From: an uncultured archaeon
GTDB taxonomy: Archaea > Asgardarchaeota > Lokiarchaeia > Sigyniarchaeales > SOKP01
Direction: 5' to 3'
Length of the DNA stretch: 64,000 nt
NCBI GenBank assembly: GCA_964525635.1
Contig: CAZGJX010000005.1
Location: 1-64,000 of the forward strand
Part shown: positions 55,801 through 61,800 of the stretch, in pieces
Numbering within the stretch: position 1 is the first letter of the stretch
How the letters are laid out: the number at the start of each line of letters is the position of its first letter
Position numbers and translations under genes: made by a program
The notes under the pieces: generated by a model
Seen by the model: the letters and a program-made list of their open reading frames with translations, nothing else
Told to the model about the DNA's origin: nothing
Database searches by the model: none

Positions 55801-58800
55801 CCAATTTCATTCCAATCATCATCATAGTTAATAACTGTTCTACCACTTCCGTTATACCAAGCATATGAGACCCACCAAGAGTTCTCGTCTCTTCCAAATT
55901 GTCTTGCCAATAGGAAATAATTCGGATTCATTAAATCACATACTACAATACCATTGCTAAAATCATTATCGAATCTATAAATATAACTTTCCCATTGATT
56001 ATTAATACCAACACACAAAATCCACCAGTAATTATTATAGTAAGAAATCCCCCATGCGGTATTAGCTCCTATTGATAATTGATATTGATCGCCAGTTGGA
56101 GTCCAATCATAATGATATTTTGTAACATGATCATATGAGAGAACATACCAATACCTATCAACAAGTATTATATCATCCCCATCAATATCCCAACTATCTA
56201 ATACATTTGAAAAATCTCTATTGAATTTACACACTCTACCGCTTCCTTGATATCCCCCAATTATGTACCAATATCCTTTATGAAAATAATATGAATTAAT
56301 TGCATCAATATAAGGAGCGGTCTTGGAAGTCTGACCTAAGCGATCCCAAGTGGTTTGGATTAAAGTAATATTTTCTGTTAGATAATTACTCATTTGTGGA
56401 GATTCTTTATAAAATTCGTAATTTACATTATTATAAAGAATCCAAGAACTCCCATCCTCTTCAAAATCCTCTTCATATATATTCTCTCCCATTGCAGGAT
56501 AAAATGTGAGATAGGATTCTATATCGTCTCCATAATATTGAACAGTGTAATTATATAGATCATCACTTTCTAAAGATCCTGATATACCATCACCATTATT
56601 TCCAAAAGGATATCTATAACCTCCATTATAGTTTATACCACCAGAACCGAGCATGTCATTATAATACATAACGGAATCAAGATTAGTTGATTGCTCCTGA
56701 TAGGTATACCCTAAATTAAGCCCATTATTTTGAGTAGTATAGCTATCTGTAATTAATGAGGTGTCTAATATATTATTTTCTTGCATCTCATCATGAAAAG
56801 AATAAATAATGTTAATATCTGCTGATATATGAGAAAATGCATTTTCAGGAGTAGTTAAAAAGTCCGAATAGGTAATTTCATTTGTCTTTGTATCTCCTAT
56901 TTGAGATATCATATCCTTATATGCTTGGAAATCTGCTTGATCTTCTATTCTTTTATAGAATTGATGCTCAAGCTTGGTAATTAATAATTGCCCTGAAAGA
57001 GGATAATCGATCTCAATACCAGGACAAAGAATTTCTGGATCAGCGTCTTCATATTCCCATATTGGATCACCAGTAAGATATGTAGAAGGTTCAAAATTAA
57101 GATAAGCTTTCCAAACCTGTTGAGAACAATCATAAAATACTACTAGACTATTTTCATTACCGCCATAGTCTAAATATCCTCCATCCTCGTTCACAGGATC
57201 TTCAAATGTGAAGGAAAGCTCATCATTTAATTTAAATGTAATATTTCCTCCAACATCGTCATAAGGTATATTAAATCTAAGCTCTGCTCTATAGGCATCA
57301 TGACTCGTAAATTGATTACTGATCTTTTCAGCTATGATTGAGTCTATATCAATGTAAAATGATGCTAAATTTGTTACTAAAAGTTTTAATTTGAGCCTAT
57401 AATTTTGACGAGAAGAATCATATAATCTTATAAAATCATTTTTATTTATGGTAATTTTAAATGTATCATCATCGATAATTTGGACTTGAGTAGGGATATA
57501 TTCACCTGTAAAATCTCTATAAAAGATCTGAAGATTATTTTCAAGTAATAGAGGCGAATATGCAAACACTGTTATTTCCAGCTTATCTAAATCATTAATT
57601 CCATCTATTGGTTCTGTCTCTATGTTGAATTCAATTTCATGTTCCTGTTTTTGTTGGGAATAAATTGTATAAAGATCACCATCAATATCCTGTAAAGAGA
57701 CAGGAGAGAAAAGGTACCCATCCCCAGAGACTATTTGAATAGTATTTTCAAGGAATCTAATGTACCCTGTTCTAACTTCTGATTGCACTTCGGGAGTATT
57801 GGAGATCCCTTCATTCATTTCAAACCCGCTTCTTCCTTCTAGTATTAATCCATTTTCTGTCATGTCAATATTATCGCTGAGAGATTGTGTACTTAAATAT
57901 GTATCAAAGTCCTCATAATTCAAATAATTAGTATTTGTTCGCGTAAATGTCTTAAAATCGCCGACGGTGATGTATTCATATGGTAGGATAGATAATTTTT
58001 CTGTACAAACTTGGATTCGAAATTCTTGGTTAAGATTCAAGTAATCTCTGTAGAATGTAGATGGAGTTACGGTTTCAAATATTCCATATGGATTTGGAAA
58101 ACGAGTATATTGAGTAGTCTTAAATCCATTGACTAAATCTAAGACAATGTTATTAAGCTGATATTTGTTTGATAACTCAGTAGAATTTTGATAAATAGAT
58201 ATTTGAGATTTATCGGCTTGTAAGACATTTTTCTGATATAATCTAGAAGAATAATCATTATCAAGAAAATTTCCACCATTTTCAACCAAAGGATCAAATT
58301 CAAAGTGTTCATACTCATCAATAAAATATTGGTTAATACCGAACGATACTGTCTGCATACTATCTATACTTGCTGTACCCCAACCAGGAGTAAACTTGTC
58401 TATAGATGTTTGATATCCCGAGTTGAAAGCCCAGAAATATTCATAATCATATGATGATGTGATGTCTAGAGCTTCCCACCTATCCTCTGCATAATTGTAA
58501 ATCAAGACAGAGAGAGGGTATTCCTCTGTAAATGCTGAAGAGAGAATAGAGGCATCAAAAGCAATTTCAATTGCTTTAATTCCATTTTTATCAACTGTTG
58601 GTATTTTGTTTACAAATTCAAATCCATATGCTTGATTAAGATTGGCTAAAAGAGCGCATATATATTCCTCTCTATTAAGAAGTGCTAATTCTATGTCCTG
58701 GATAGTCGCGTCCTCAAATCTCTCTAAAAATACTCCATCAGTTAGTGCTCCTTGTGATTCAATTCCACCATAGGGTGAATTATATAGAGAAAAGTTAATC

Positions 58801-61800
58801 ATCTGGTTTTGAACAGATATTTCTTGTTCGAAAAAATTATATATACCACTTGATGAATGAATATTATCATAATACATTGAGGAGAAATTATAGGTGTCAC
58901 CTAAGATCGGATCGCTTATCCATACACTATCGATATAATTACCTTCATACTTACCATCAAATTCATCTTCAGCTAAATCGAGTCGAGAATATTCTTTCCC
59001 TTCTAGAGTTTCTGAGAGTATCCCAGAGTCATAGGAATCTCCATAATATATGAGGTTATTCTGGAGTTCTGACATTGAATAATATTCTTCTCCCCAATAT
59101 TGATTATTCCAACCGATTCTTGTGGAGACTGGAATATCTAATAAATAGCCACTTCCAGAGATAACCGATTGTCTCCTATAAGTATTACAATCTTCTAGTA
59201 AATGCAGACTATAATGATTAGACGTACCATAATTGTTTATCCAAGCGAGATCTAATTCATTTTCCCCGTAGAACTGAGCTGATGCTGATGTGTCTGTCCG
59301 ATCAGGTCTTCCCTGAGCCCTATTAAAAGACGGATCTATACTCGTTATTTCCTCACTGTAATAACTTAAAAATGAATAATCAACTTTTATATTTTCAAGA
59401 TTACTCCATATTATACCTAAATATGGATTTTTTAGGTCTAAGTAGATTGAAAATTTATCTGCTAATGTATAAAAGTCAGGAGATAAATAATACCATTTAT
59501 TATTTTCCATAAATGAAATTTTATTAATCTTATCAATTTGATAAGGTCCAAGCGTTAATTTATAACCGGTTCTAAATTGTTCCAACTCTTGACGTGTCTT
59601 AATAGTTGATGTGAAGCAAATTGGACTTGAAATTGTGTATTTATCCTTTAACGTTTCAATATTAATTTCAAATAATCCTGTGTGTGATGCCACAATCAAC
59701 TTCTCTGAATCTTCTTCACTAAGTGCTAATAGATCAAGAATCTGGAACTTTTCTTCTTCAAAACCAGAGATATCTACTTTTATCCAATCATTCGCTTCTT
59801 GACTATATTTTACCGAGTAGACAGTATCCATCTTACCAAGTAATTGCCTTGATAATCCAAGTAGTATTCTTTTTTGACTCTTTTCGATTACTGATATTTT
59901 ACCCAAGATAGAGTTAACAATTACATTTTGAGGATTTAGATTATTATAATCAAAGTGTATTAGTTGAGAATAATAGCTTCCTTCTATTAATCCTCCTATT
60001 AATATAGATTTATCTTGCTCAGATATTAATGACTCAACAATTTTTATAGAACTTGGAATGAACCCAATAGGTGCTTGTTGCCGTACTTTTTTAATTGCAT
60101 TGAAGCCGTCATCAATTTGGTATTTACAAAATGATTGTTTTCCCGTCTCGTCTTCTTGAACCGTAATTAATACTGTCTTTCCTATATTTCCATCATAATA
60201 TAGATCAAACAATAAATTCTTATATTCGCTATTAGAAGTTATATTTAAAAATGAATTCCAATTATCATTATAAAATGAAAAGACATTCATTTGATCGGGT
60301 GAAAGAATAATTAGTTCAGCGATCCCATCTCTATTAATATCAAATAATTTGAAAATTTGATTGTATGAAGAATTAAAAAGACCTTCAGCACTAAGAACAT
60401 CATCTTTTATCCATCCATTTGTCTCGTTAAACTTATAGATAATTAGATCAACATAGAGATCATTTTTGACCAAAATAATTGGCTGAAATTCACCATTAGG
60501 ATTAAACACGCCCCAACTACCCCATAAATTATTTGAGGTTATAGGAGTCACCTGCACGGGAATATAGGAATAATTAAATTCCCTAATTGAATTATAAAAT
60601 TCTGGATCTTTGTTGAAATCCCAAGTTATAGTATAAGAGCCTGCGTCTATAATCGTTGGCTCTGTTGTTATTGGAATCCATTTGTTAGTAAGGACATTAT
60701 AGTATTGCGAACATACATCCCAGAATTCTTCAGAATCAAAGTAATTACTTATTTGTCCAGCTATGATTTGTGAATTAATTATCTCAATTTCATCAAATTC
60801 AAACACATCTCCAAAGACAAGATTTGTAATTAATTCTACCTGAGCAAAATCATATAATACTATATTAGATATTTCAGTAAGATAATTTCCTGCTTTATCT
60901 AATATGAGTACTTTTATATAATTAAAATTGGGAATTTGCTCAAGTAAATCTCCATCCCAGTAATAATTCCACTGATCAATATCACCTGAATAATATGCTC
61001 TCCCTATATTTTCCCAAGAATTGCCATCAATAGAACAATAAAGAAGAATTCTATTAATATCACTCTGTCCTAATGGATTCTTATCTACTAATGAACTTTT
61101 TATTGTAATTGTACTATCAGAATAGGTTTCTGAACCAAAAAGTACAATTCCTGCGTTAGTTGAGTTTGTACCTAAATTCCATTGAAAAAGAGATCCTGCT
61201 TGTTTTAATATGGCAGGATCATATATCCCTTTAAATTTCTGTGTTACTATTGTGTTTCCTAATTGAGCCCCTCCAGTTGCAAGCTCCATTCCATCTGTTA
61301 TTTCAAACCATAGTAAAAAAGATTCACCTTCCGTAATTGTTGGCAGGTAATTTCTAATATCGAAAGACATCAACCTCCATTCCCTACTGTCTGAATCGAA
61401 AGTTAAAGGAATTTTATTTGAAGTTGCTTCATAAAAAGTGGCATAAATCGAGTCTGAGTTTTTAGATGATAATAAATGGCGTGATGATTCTCCAATTTTC
61501 AGTATTAATTTTTCACAATCTAAAATAACTTCAAAATCATTAATTATATATCCTCCAATTGTTATAGAGGTTATTGATTTAATTAAAGAAATATTATAAT
61601 TAACTGGATCTGAAAACCCAATAATTTCATATTCAAGCTTTCCATAATCAAGTTCACCTGAAATTACGAGATTGTGTGATGCAAGGGTTTTTGTTAGATT
61701 TAGACGAACACTTTCAACACCATATTGATAGTAAAGGGGCGTGCTTATCTGCGCCCAATCAAACCCATCAAATGCGGCATCGAATGCCTCAATTGATAAA

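Noticed and set aside
574-59911. Numerous 60-118 aa ORFs antisense to or overlapping long genes (e.g. 574..930, 10487..10837, 25535..25798, 39173..39508, 54712..55011)
   Set aside because: Shadow ORFs of strongly coding frames, with no motifs.
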